From Takakia lepidozioides (lineage: Eukaryota; Plantae; Bryophyta): a DNA stretch of 64,000 nucleotides. A program made the translations under genes and the position numbers. Positions 11,837 through 23,379 of this stretch are shown piece by piece (positions within the stretch are counted from its first letter, which is position 1; every line of letters starts with the position of its first letter). The stretch is from NCBI GenBank assembly GCA_030704615.1, contig CM060731.1:82212001-82276000 (forward strand), written 5' to 3'. The notes under the pieces are model-generated. The model had not been told where the DNA came from, searched no databases, and saw nothing but the letters and a program-made list of their open reading frames with translations.

Positions 11837-14800
11837 TTACTCACATGCGAAATCATCGTCCAAGACTTTGTCGTCCCCTTCGTTGATTTCCACATGCACT
11901 ATACCCTCCTGTTGTTGGGCGGCAGGTGCCGGCGTTGGCGCTTCCAAGTTATGGAGGAGGTCATTGAAAATGTCCGCATCCCCTTCCATACCAAACAAAT
12001 GCCTACCCGCTGCCTTGCAAGCATGGTACGAAGCTCCTGCAAGATAGAGTTCTCTCATGACACATATAAACAAATTTTGCACCAAGAAGAAAACACCACA
12101 GCAGGTTGGGGGTGAAACCTGTACCAAGAGTGAGGTCCACGATACGCGCCACCGGATGGGAACAAGTCTCCACAATTGTTTGAATAAATGCTGGGCTCTT
12201 CTCCTTGGCCCCTCTCCATGGTGTGGAGTTGGACTTTCGCAAGCACACATTGGAATCCACGTAATTGTAGTGCATGTCGTCCACCACTGGATCGAACTTA
12301 TCGTTGATGAAAGAACCTCCCCCATGAAGCCTGAACTCCTTCACTGCTGTGGGAGTTGAAGCAGGGTGCACTCTGACGAGGCAGACGGCCTCAAAAAGGC
12401 GGGTCTACACACAAGACAACATGAAGCACATATTAGTGAATCCAAAAAAATTCATCTGGAAAGAACAGTGCTTGAAACCTCTGAAAATGAGTGCATTGAC
12501 GCACTTATTTCTGCAGGGGTGAAATGGAACTTAAAATGAAGCAGGCAAGAGAAAGTCGATTACCATTTGTCCGGGACAGTCGCCCTTTGTCAAGTATAGG
12601 CTGTTCACACCATTCCACGTTTTGATGATTTTCATCCCCGAGGCCTTGAGGTAGCTTGCAAGCTCCCGTCGACATTTCGTATTGACCGACTGGATCATTA
12701 CAAGAACCCCTGCATCCGATAAAAAAAAATTGCAAAATGAAAAGACCCACCGCCAGTACCTCTCATCAAATGCATTCCATGTTGGGCAAGTGCCTGTGGG
12801 TAGGATGTCCGGTACTGGCAGCCCATCCGGAATGTCCACAATCACCATGTCGGCACAACATGGTTTCAGAGAACCATTGACCCAACACTGCCCTTTCGAA
12901 ACCTGAAAACAGACAGACGGAAAAAATTAAATAACTATCCAAAAGGGAAAACAGTAAAGGAGACAAACAGTGGGAATTGGCTTACCAAGTCAAGGAATGC
13001 ACACAACTTGCCCCAAGTTTGAGAGGGTTCTCCAATGTAACCAGATTTTCTGCTTTCCATCATGGCAAGGAATGAATCATTAACAATCTCGCATTTACAT
13101 TCTCGCTGGATTCTGGATGGGTGCTCCACTACGTCGTATGGCTCAATCCTCCCCTTACGTTTTTGTTCCTTGTTTGCAATTGGGGTCTGCGCTACCTCAC
13201 CGCCCGCAATCTCCCCTTGGGTGGCCTTCTCCTTCCCTTTGTCCTTTGTACCCTTTCCCTTTCCCTTCCCTCTCGCAGGAGTTTTGTTGGCTGCGGGTTC
13301 CTTCTCAGCGAGGTTTCGCAGATTCCTCTCATGCAATTCCTTGTCAGTAAGAGGGGCCAAAGACTCTGCATTGTCGTTCTGGTTCCGTGTCTACAACTCA
13401 TACTAGGGGCAATCTGATTTCGGAATGTTGAGATACCAGCAGCAGTCTTTCAGGTGATATCTCCCGTAGTCTCTAAGGATGGCTGCCGTGTACATGGTCT
13501 GACTGTTAGAGGGGTCAGACCACAAGTCGATGAAGGCAGGTACTTACTGAGGTTTTTTCCCGGAATGACCACGTTCTTGATATACCTACAAAACAAAAGA
13601 GGTGCGCTTTTAGACATTGAAGGCAAAAAAACATATACTGCGGAACTCCCAAAATGCGTGCGTCGACGCACACAGTTTGGGGTGCACAAATTCTTGAGCA
13701 TGAGGCAACCGAAATACACTCAATAGGAGAAAACAAAGGGTTCCATATGCAGAAAGTTATCCCCTTTTCGGCAGACAGATATTCCATTCGAAACTGCCAA
13801 CGAAACATTGGAATCCTTGATGGAGGAGAGAGCACATATGAGTTTGTGGCCCTCTAAAATTGCATGCGTTGGCGCACGCAGTTTTTCATGGCCACAAACT
13901 GCCTATCTACTGATTGCCAAAGAAAGTTTTCAAACATAAGACAAAATTAACGAACCTGTATAGGACCCTCTTCATGGCTCCCTCCGCCCCGTACTGCTGG
14001 TCAAAATCATTTGTTCGGGAGATTCCTCCATCTCGGGAAAACTCTCTGAAGAAGCAGTTGCTCCAAGCTGTGGCCTTCCACTACCTCAAATAATCCTCCA
14101 GAGTGTCCTCGGGCACGGTCATGGTAATTTTGTAGTCATAAAGTTGTTTCTCTAGCACCTTGTTTGCACGAGCTTCAATCTGCAGGTATACATATGCATG
14201 GGTTAGAGTCCATTCATGGGAAGATATTCTAAAGAATTTCAAGCACAGAAAGTCCTGAAAAGTACCTGGCTCCAGTAGGTGGCTTTGTGCAACCATATAT
14301 CAAGAACTTGGTCGCTGAAGGGTTTGATGTGCCCGGTGTTCTCATCTCTTTCACCCCTAGGGAAGCAGTATGTGTCCTTGACAGTTGGGTCGGAATTCCA
14401 AATCTCCAACCATTTCACTTTCTGGTCAGCTTCCACAGCTGCAGTTGACAACCGATGAAGCTTTTCCTGTGTCATCTCCGGTTTGATGTTATTGTTCCAG
14501 TGGATCCTCACCTGGTTAAGAAACTCGAGACCAAAATCAGGGTCAGCTATTCTCAGCTGTTTCACGACAGCGCTCATGAGCTTCTTCCGTATCTCATTCA
14601 TCGTAAACTTCATGGCTTCCGCCACTCCCTTGGACATCCTCAGACCCTCCGGGGTTTTCAAATAGTACTCCGCTTTTCCTCTCTCTCCAGCTTCAGCTAT
14701 TTCTTGCTGCAAAACGTAATCCGGAATGAGATCACTTATTACTGACAATATCCCAATAGATAATGGAAGGCCAGAGCGATGGAATACTTATAGTGTACAT

Positions 14801-15120
14801 GTACTCCATGAATGCTTCCCTCGTCAGCTTGTACCAGGTATCTGACGTTTTTGATGTCAAACATTTCTTGAATGACTCCGCACTCAGGATGCTCTTGAAT
14901 GAATTGAGGGGCATTTGGCCGATATTCTGGATCCTGAATAGTGTGTGAAGGAGGTTCGTTGTCACATGGGCAGTTTCAGTTCCCCTGTCACATACAGTGG
15001 TGTGTCGTCGACATCTTAATCCTGCACATTGCAGAGCTGAACAATCACTCGAAAATCCGCGGATGAAGTCTGGATCCTCACTGAGACACTTCTCCGGAAT
15101 GAGAACAAAGTGGAAGTACC
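11837..15120 (-). pseudogene. Multi-exon gene with long N-terminal region and C-terminal beta-class DNA amino-methyltransferase (N4C/N6A) domain, copy 1
   Basis: MTase exons are 12902-12564, 12404-12119 and 12036-11837, with GT-AG introns. Motif IV-like DMVIVDIPDG precedes EKSPAFIQTIVETCS..RIVDLTLGTGASYHACKAAGRHLFGME (motif X/I/II-like). Upstream exons contain a TAG at 14081 and a frame break near 13400-13450. Confidence 0.75.
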
Positions 15121-15216
15121 TGCAAACAGAAAGTCCATCTCCCATAAGCAAAAACACTAAATCGCATTACAGACAGTCAGTGCAATGGTACATCTAATGC
15201 CATCTGATGCCATGAG

Positions 15217-15882
15217 AATTAAGATGGCGTTGACGATACCTTAATATACACCTTAATGGAGAAGACGAATAGCATCAATCGTTGCAGATCACTCAATCAC
15301 TAACAAAAAACTATACAACATGATTTCACAGTTCTCTGAATTAAGATGTCGTCAACGACACCTTAAATGGAGCCGAAAAATGTAGAAAGAATGAGAGACA
15401 TCTGCAATTCCAAGAGAACTGTAAAGGCTCATGGACACCTCAATTTCCTTCACCAAACAGATCCTCAGTCTGTGTGATCACCAGTATGTATGATCGGCTC
15501 TATGCATATACCTGATTTATGATGTCGATGACGACACCTTAATCTTCTCCCTTCAATGGACCTAGAAATTGAGGGTGCCCAGTGTTCAGAATTAAGGTGT
15601 CGTCAGCGTCATCTTAAATAACAACCCAAAAGACATCTGGATTAGGAAGAATAGCTCGCATCTGGATCAGTAAGAAAATGGGTGTAGAGCCATCTACAGC
15701 ATTGTAGCAACCCTTTTCGAATACAAATACAGCCATTGTGCTCACTTACTGAATGAAAAGCTCCGTCAATGGGCCAGAATTAAGATGGCGTTGACGACAC
15801 CTTAATTTCCACCCTTCCTAGCTCCAGGGAATTGGAGCTTTCCAGGGAAGAGAATTACGGTGTCATCAACGACATCTTAAAT
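15217..15882. repeat. Array of six ~30-bp palindromes, consensus AATTAAGRTGTCGT-NN-ACGACAYCTTAAWT
   Basis: Copies start at 15217, 15339, 15515, 15590, 15778 and 15853, separated by ~45-160 bp of unique sequence. Partial copies occur at ~15001-15020 and ~35788-35802. Confidence 0.85.
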
Positions 15883-15924
15883 CGGGCCAAGAGTCAGAGC
15901 CACAACACTTGAGACAGTGCCCAC

Positions 15925-16460
15925 ACCTGTACATAACTTGTTTCATGGCCTCCACACCGACGTGGTACTGATGGTCGAAGTCCAAAGAGTGAAGAATTCC
16001 TCCCTCCCTCTCGAACTCACGAAAAAATGCATACTTCCATAGTTGCCTTCTCCAGAGACGGACATAAGTCTCAAACTTGACGCTGGGGGTGGTCATTGTA
16101 CTGATCTTGTAGTCCAAGAGGGACTTCTCAAATGTATCTATTGCCCGCTTCTCCAGCTGCAAAACAACCATTACATACTCAGTGTCATATTGGAAACTAA
16201 CATGGCCTCATTCTTTACAGTTGCAAAATACGGGACAGTATTACCTGGCTCCAGAATGTCGCTTTGTGCAACCAAGTGTCGAAAGCCTGGTCGCTCATTG
16301 GTTTCACCACCCCTGTAATGGGATCCTTTTCTGCCTTGGGAAAGTTGTTTGTGTCCCGAATAATGGGATCGGAATTCCAAATCTCTAGCCACCTCAATTT
16401 TTGGGCCGGATCTACCATAGAGATGGAGAGACAATGGAGCTTTTCATGTGTCATCTCTGG
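15925..16460 (-). pseudogene. Paralogous fragment of the N-terminal exons of the MTase-carrying gene
   Basis: KLRWLEIWNSDP..KPMSDQAFDTWLHKATFWSQ and LLDYKI..FFREFEREGGI..DFDHQY match the exons at 14470-13960 (KVKWLEIWNSDP..WLHKATYWSQ; LYDYKI..FFREFSRDGGI..DFDQQY). Confidence 0.8.
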
Positions 16461-16541
16461 GGGGTGGCGTCCCAGCCTGAACATTGGGTGCACCACCCTC
16501 AAGTGGAGGCTCATCCCCAGCCTCTTTCGAGGGCGTGGAGG

Positions 16542-19500
16542 CACTACTACGTTTAGGGGGGGTTAGCAACGCCAGGACCCCGGGCGCGCCGGACGCGACG
16601 ACCCTCCTGCGACTACAGCGTCGCGCAGGCGCCCGGCCTGGAAATTGCGACGTCGGCCCGTCGCCGCCGCGCCGCTCCGGTGACGCTTCGCCTACTTGCA
16701 ATTATGCCACGTCGCTGCTGTTGGGGATGACCCGCCAGCGAGCTGGGGGTTGCAACGCCCGGACGTCGCACTTACCCTCTGCGACGTTCCCGCAAGGCTA
16801 CGACTGTCGGGAATCGCAACAACACCCCTCACACTTAGGCGCGTGGGGAGGGCCGAGTCAGGTCGTGCTGGGGTTTGCGACGTCCAGACGTCGCCGCAAT
16901 GCCACAATGGCGAGGTTGCGATTCCCCGCAGTTGCATGCCTGCTGGGGCGACGCTCCTGCAGGGCCGCGATGTTGGGGTGTCGCAAGGATGCCATTTTCC
17001 CCTTGGCCGCCACGTGGTGAGGGCACGCCACCTCGCGGGGGTTGCGACTACTAGAAGTCGCCCGTCAGCGGTAATGCGACGCCCGGGAGTCGCAGAGAAG
17101 CCCTATTTAGTGTCTCTTTGCAAAGGTCATGCATGGCTGAGGCCAGGGTCAATTGATCCCCTTCTTCCAATCTTTATAGTGCTCCTTCTCTCTTGTTGTA
17201 TAACAGGGCCAGAGTTCTTTACTACCACCATTGGTGCCGATCCCAACAAACTTGACGGCCGCCGCCACATCCTCCTCCTCATCCCCTCAGGTGGGATGAT
17301 GATTTTTTTGCACATGCACATGATTTTGTTTTATTCCGTTCCCAAGCCATATGCTTAATGACAGCGTTTGCAATGCGTGTGCAAATTTTGGGAGTGAACA
17401 AAAATCATTTGGACTGAAAACCATATTTTCTTCCCTCATTTGCACTCCCAAGTTGAGTTCTTTTCAACTTCATGCACTCTCCATAGAGAGTTTTGCAATA
17501 GTGAGTGAAGGAAACTCTTTGTTTTTTTTTGTTTGTTTTTTTTTTTGTCCAATGTTTTCCATAGATGTAGTGGTCTGGGGTTTGCATTCACAAAACAAAA
17601 TAGAGCTAAACAAAAATCATTACGTAGGACAAATCCGCAATCATAGATATTGTAAATGCAGGGGGTTGCGACCTCCAGGGGTCGCCTTGCGACGGCATTG
17701 CGATGCCCCAACAGGTCTGCGACGACGGGGAATTGCAATATCGCCTTTTCTGTGTCTTTGCAAAGTTCATGGCAGAGGCCAAGCTGAATGGATCCATTGT
17801 TGCAAATCTTTTTAGTCCTCCTTCTGTGCTACAATATAACAGGTCTATCTTGCATGTGGGAGACCGTGATCAACCCGGGCGGCCTTATTGTTAAAGACAA
17901 AGGGCAGGAAGAGGGGGTGGGGACACTAGGAAAGGAAAACGGAAGGGCCATGGGATTAGAGGGTTGAGGGTAGATTGCTTTGGCAATGGCTTTAGCAACA
18001 TTGTTGTCTTTCACACCAATTTGGAAGATTCTTTTTGTTGCATCGAGATCATGGTAACTAAATCGATTGAAGGGTTTCCAGGGGTAAGTCTTGGTCAGCA
18101 CTTGTAGAACAAGAACCATGTCTTCCAACATTCTTGCCCTCGTACAAAAACTCAACAATCCTAGAGTCATTTTTTCGAGTCACAACTTCACTAGAATCAC
18201 TCCTAGATTGCCACACCTACAAAGGATTTTTTTCATGGATTTTTCATTAATCAATCATAGAAATAAGCTACAGGCATGTATATGTACAATCAATCGAAGG
18301 GATGGGTACAATTTTGTGCGAGAATTATTATGCAGCTTTGATTACGTGTCTAATCAACTTGAACATCATCATCCGGAGCTTCTTCGTCTTCATCAAGCTG
18401 CAAGTCTTCTTGCTCATCAGAGTCATTGTCATAAATGGCCTGGGAATTAAAACGCACATCTGAATCATCTTCCACCTCGGTTTCAATGACCATGTCTTCA
18501 TCTTCTTCTCCAACATCCGCATCTGATAGAGCCTCATCGTACAGGGTCCGGGATGCATTGTCCGAGGCGTCATCATTCTCTTGTATCCCCTCTATCCAAC
18601 CTCGGCCAACATCAGCGTCATCATGACCAGTCTCTTCCTCCTCCGTATCTGCCTTGCCCCATGTATATCCCCGACCATGATAGATACATCTTCCTCTTGG
18701 CTGAGCATGCACAACCACCTTCCAATTCCCTGATCCGGAGAAGAAAACTTGCTCCATGTCTGAGGCCATGAAAAAGGCTCATCGGAGGGACGATGAGTAG
18801 ACTTGAGCCTATCTGTATTGACGCGCATGAAACCACACTCATCTTCCACTATTGTTGCGGATGGCCCCACAAGATATGGTTGGAACCACCTTGCCTTGAA
18901 GATAAGAGGCTGGTGCCTTGTATACTGAAGTTGGAGTATGTTCTCAAGCTCTCCAAAGTAGTTGAGTGTGCTTATGGTAGGTCATGTATCTCCCCTGCCC
19001 CACACGGAGTCTTGCTAATATGAGGCACACAAGCCAGAATCAAACGTTGTTTTGCGCTTCATGTTAAGGGCACGAATGCGGAAATAACGACCATGAACCC
19101 AAACCGCCGTGTATGAGGTCGCAAATTGAGAGGGGTCCCTTGCAATGTCTTGCACCAAATCTGAAACCACCTCACCTTTCACAATGTTATCCTCTACTTC
19201 AGTCCGAAGCCAATGGCGGAATGAACTTAGAGGCTGCAATTCCATGGGCAATTCTTGTGAAGGCACATTCCTACGCCGGCCCCTTACTCGCGAAGCGCGT
19301 GTAGTCGCCCTTGCATGGTTCCGCCTCCACGCAACCGTCTCCTTCTGTCGTTGCTGAATAAGGTTATTATATCTTGTCTCCCACTCATGTATGGATGGGG
19401 TGTTCTTCAGTATGAACTCATGCGCTTGGTTAATCACCATGATGGGTAATTTTACCCTCTTTGAATTTTTGAGCAAAACGATGTCCTTGGCTCGTACATC

Positions 19501-22500
19501 CTCATCTTCCTTCCACATCGGAGGGGCTTCCTTATCCACATTGCCAAGTACTCCATGCAGTCGAATTTAGCCTCTTGCAATGTATACCCCTCCGCCATGC
19601 TACCCTCCGGGTGTGCCATTTGTCTTACATGTGCTTTCAAAGTCTTCATGTATCGCTCAAGGTAGTACATCCACCGAGAATGAACGGGGCCGACAATCGA
19701 AGCCTCTTCCACTAAGTGCACTTGGATGTCAAAAGAAGGAGGGAGGAAGGTGCATCTCCAACATACACATGACCACAACCGCCTCCTTCTTCATGCATGG
19801 AAAGTCCGCTTCCGCCAGCTCTTTGGAGCAAATCCACCGGAACAATGCTCCCAACCTATAGATTGTCTCGCAAACCTCGGGAGTCAATGTCCCACGTACT
19901 GCAATGGGCAAGATGTCTTGCAATAGATTGTGGTAGTCATGAGACTTCAAACCATGGACCCCGTCCTCATTGAACTTCATACGGAGGGATGACCCATAAC
20001 CAGTTGGTGTTCGGACAGCTCCTATGGTGGCTATCACTTTCTTGTATTCCTCCTTTGTCCATTGCCAAGGTGCACGCCTATACTTCCACCGTACAACACC
20101 CTTTGGGTCCACACCATTTTCTTCGGCCCATAGATGGGGCATGCAACCCTGCTCCTCAAGTTCCTTTTTAACACCGAGAGAATTTCCTTTCGTAGCCACT
20201 CCCTTCTTTGCCGGTGTGCCATGAAGAACACGAAAAATGGACGAGCAAACATTCTTCTCAATATGCATGGGATCTAGAAGATGACGAATCTTCAGGTCAA
20301 ACATATTTCCCCACCCACAAATTCTTACACGTCTATTTTGTCGTGAAAGTGACAATGGAAATCATACAAAACATGCAATATCACATGCATGCATAGCAAT
20401 ATTGATGGTGTTTTTGTGGAATATGTACCGCCTAATATGGCAACTCGTAGAAGATTGAAAGCCGCTTCATGCCAGGCACCTCCACTTCACCGGACCCCTC
20501 CGGATGGGCCTCCTTCCATCGGTCTTCCCAAAAGTGCCCGGATGGTGTCACAGGTGGGGGACGTAACTCCACTTTGCCATCAAACAAGTGTTTGTCTCTT
20601 CTTCTCCAATGATGGCTCATAGGAAGAAACTTGCGGTAGTTGGGATACACCATCTTGCAAAGATTGCTGGAGCTTTGTACATCAAGTTCATCGCCACAAT
20701 GCAGGCATGCGTGGTACCCTTTAGTGCTCAACCCCGAGCAAACAGTAAGTCCTGTAGATATTCCGCCACATTAGGAAAGACAAAAAGTTTCCATGTGCAT
20801 CTACCCCACTACGGTGTAGAAGACTGTCGCCGCTACTTCAATCAATCCCAATCCTCATCAATATCCTTTGACAGGTAAATGTACGCGGGTTTCTCATGGG
20901 GAACATAATATACCTGGATAATCATGCATTGTCCAAAGCAAGATGTCTCTCATCTGAAAACATTGTCCGGCCATAGGGTCCAGTGAAGCATCCAATGCCG
21001 GGACCCCCCCTCCATAGCTCCTTCAGTTCATCAACTAGAGGTCGCAAGTACGTGTCCATGTCTTTCACTTGTTTTTTTCCCTATGAGACATTCACACCAT
21101 TAATTGTTTCAATGCTCCACCATGCTAATTATACTTCATAATGAATGACACATCTTACTACATGATTACATCACTCATCAATCTTCCATCGGAATTGCGC
21201 CAAAGAGAAGAAGATTAATGTAAAATCCAAAGTAATAATAAACATGAAATGGGAACACTCACCCGGTACAATGGCAGCCAACATGATATGGCCTTTTTTT
21301 TATTGAAAGATACGGAGGGATGTTGTAATTCACCATGGTCACCGGCCAAGTGGAATGACTACATGACTGGACAGAGAATGGGTTGACCCCATCCGAGGCG
21401 GACATGTCGTGGGTCCTCCAAGAGAAAAGGCCACATCTCTTCAGTATGCCTCCATGCTTGTGAATCTTGTGGCCCGCACACCTTTCCTGGGGGGCTCCGA
21501 TGCGAGGCGTGTCATCTCATCAATTCTGCCAATGAAGGGCTTCGGTAGTGTGACTGTAGTCGCGGGATGATTGGAAAGTAGTGCGTTTTCTGGCACCATC
21601 CCCATGTCGGCCCCATATCATACTCAATTCACAAACGTGAGGTTTCATTAGATATAGTACTTTTAATTGAGGAGTACATGAGAAGATATATGGACGACTT
21701 ACTTTTGCTGCATCAACAATCTCGTACTTGGCGTAATGTTTTTGCACAACATGGGGTCGCCGCATCATCGGTGTGGTCCTCCCAACCGGTAGTCATGCCC
21801 AACACCAACTACACCAACACTCAATCTTGGGGAGGCGCTCCCGGCGGGGTCTCCCCGAGGCCTTGGCGGCCTACAACCTCGGGGTGGTGGCCGTGGGGGC
21901 AAAGCTGTGCGGACATGGCGATGCCGCCTAACTCGTAGACGAGGCGAACGTGTTGTCTCGCCCTCAACAGGTGGTTGTGGCACAGCCGGCAACGAATCCT
22001 CAAGCGTGACACGTCAATAAACACGCGGCATGACCTAGCACGAGAGAGAGGTAGAGTACCGTATTGTAACCCACTGTAACCTCCGGAGGAATTACACTCC
22101 CAACCCTTGGAAAAACTTGAAAAAAAAAACACTACAAACGTAAAGCCATATGTCCCCACCCCACAAAAAAACAAAACCCTAAAAAAAAAACTATATTGCA
22201 GCTAATCCTAAACTAACTATATTATAACTAACCCTAAACTAAACTATGTAACCCTTAAAACCCTAAGAGCCAAAGACCCAAAACCCAAATGATCCTTGCA
22301 AAACCCCATAACCCAAAAAACCAAAAAAATAAAAAATAAAATGAGATGCCTCTTCAACTCACCTCTGCGCCAGATCTGCGACTGCCGTGCGACGTCCCCC
22401 TGAAACAGCGACGCCCGTGTGATTCCCCAACGTCGCAGAGGATCCTCCTCCTGCCAAGGTGGCCGCCCTTCTCTCCCCTTCTCTCTCCCCTTCGCGAAGG

Positions 22501-23170
22501 CGCCTGATCGCCGCCGAGGTTTTCCGGTGGGGTCGCCGCACTGGCGCGCCGCGGCTGCACCGACCGCCTTTCACTCCCCTCTCAATCTCTCTATCCGACC
22601 TCTCTCTCCTCACCCTCCTCCTCTCACTCTTCCTCCCTCCCTCCCTCCCTCCATCCCTACTTTGTTTTTTTTGCTCTCGAGCTCTCCCGGGCGCAACTAC
22701 CCCCGCGCGCCGGAGCGTTTTCCGGCAGCGGTGACGCGTCACTAACGCGCCACGACGTTCAAACCCGCGCGCGCCCTCTCTCTCTCTCTCCCTCTCGCCC
22801 TAATCCCTCTCTCTCCCTCTCTCTCTCTCCCTCTTCTATCTCTTTTTGTTTTTTTTTTGTTGTTTGAGCGAGCTGGGAGCGCGCCCCCGTTACCTGCTGG
22901 TGGAGCGCCAGCCAAACGCCAGCGCCGCGGGAGGGACCGCCAGCATGAAGGAGCTGCCGCGTGAGGGAGCTGCCCTCCCTCTCCTTCTCTCTCTCTCATT
23001 CTCCCTCTTAGCTCTCACTCTCCCTCTCGCCCTTATCTCTTTCCCTCATTCTCTCCCTCACTCTCTCTCTCCCTCTTCTCATTTTTTTTTTTTTAAGGTT
23101 GTTTGAGCGAGGGAGTGTGCCCACACGACCTGGTGGCGGAGCGCCAACGTGAAGGAGCTGTTGCGTGAGG
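16542..23170. mobile_element. CACTA (En/Spm) DNA transposon; left end intact, right end not found
   Basis: Begins CACTACTAC at 16542, followed by dense GCGAC/GTCGC subterminal repeats (16560-17100), and contains a tnp2 gene. The right boundary is approximate. Confidence 0.75.
18350..21480 (-). pseudogene. CACTA TnpD/tnp2 transposase (Transposase_21, DUF4218, DUF4216 regions), frameshifted
   Basis: Motifs DSQAWRH, DGVNPF..STWPV..NYNIPP, DTYLRPLVDELKELW, KGYHAC, HLLDPMHIEKNV, GLKSHDYH, PPSFFDIQVHL, GPVHSRWMY..ERYMK, PEGSMAEGY and DEPF..P....QVFF. Confidence 0.92.
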
Positions 23171-23189
23171 CGCCCAAGTGCAGGTAAGC

Positions 23190-23330
23190 AGCCATGCATT
23201 TCTGATCTTCAGAGTGAGAGATTTCAGTGAGAGTTTGGGTTCCACGGAGTAGACAGTGGAATCCCCACGGATCTCATAGTATATAGGACAATAGAAGAAG
23301 TGTTCTCCAGTTTCAATTTCATGGAGAGTG
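23190..23330 (-). mobile_element. Non-LTR retrotransposon ORF2 C-terminal zinc-knuckle fragment
   Basis: IETGEHFFYCPIYYEIRG matches the E...H..F.CP.Y..IR LINE C-terminal motif. Confidence 0.55.
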
Positions 23331-23379
23331 AGGGAAGATAAAATGTCTTGTCGAGACATGGACAAGACCAAACAAGGTC

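Noticed and set aside
11837-12902. Bacterial contamination or recent HGT as the source of the MTase
   Set aside because: Both copies have spliceosomal GT-AG introns at identical positions and are embedded in plant TE sequence.
15217-15882. CRISPR array interpretation of the 30-bp palindromic repeats
   Set aside because: Spacers vary from ~45 to ~160 bp, there are no cas genes, and the context is a eukaryotic TE.
16444-17358. Long GC-rich overlapping ORFs (also 22354-23199 and 30950-31373)
   Set aside because: They arise from CACTA subterminal repeats and CT/GA microsatellites, with no recognisable protein motifs.
22170-22330. Telomere-like CCCTAAA sequences
   Set aside because: Only scattered degenerate units in A-rich TE-internal DNA; not an array.
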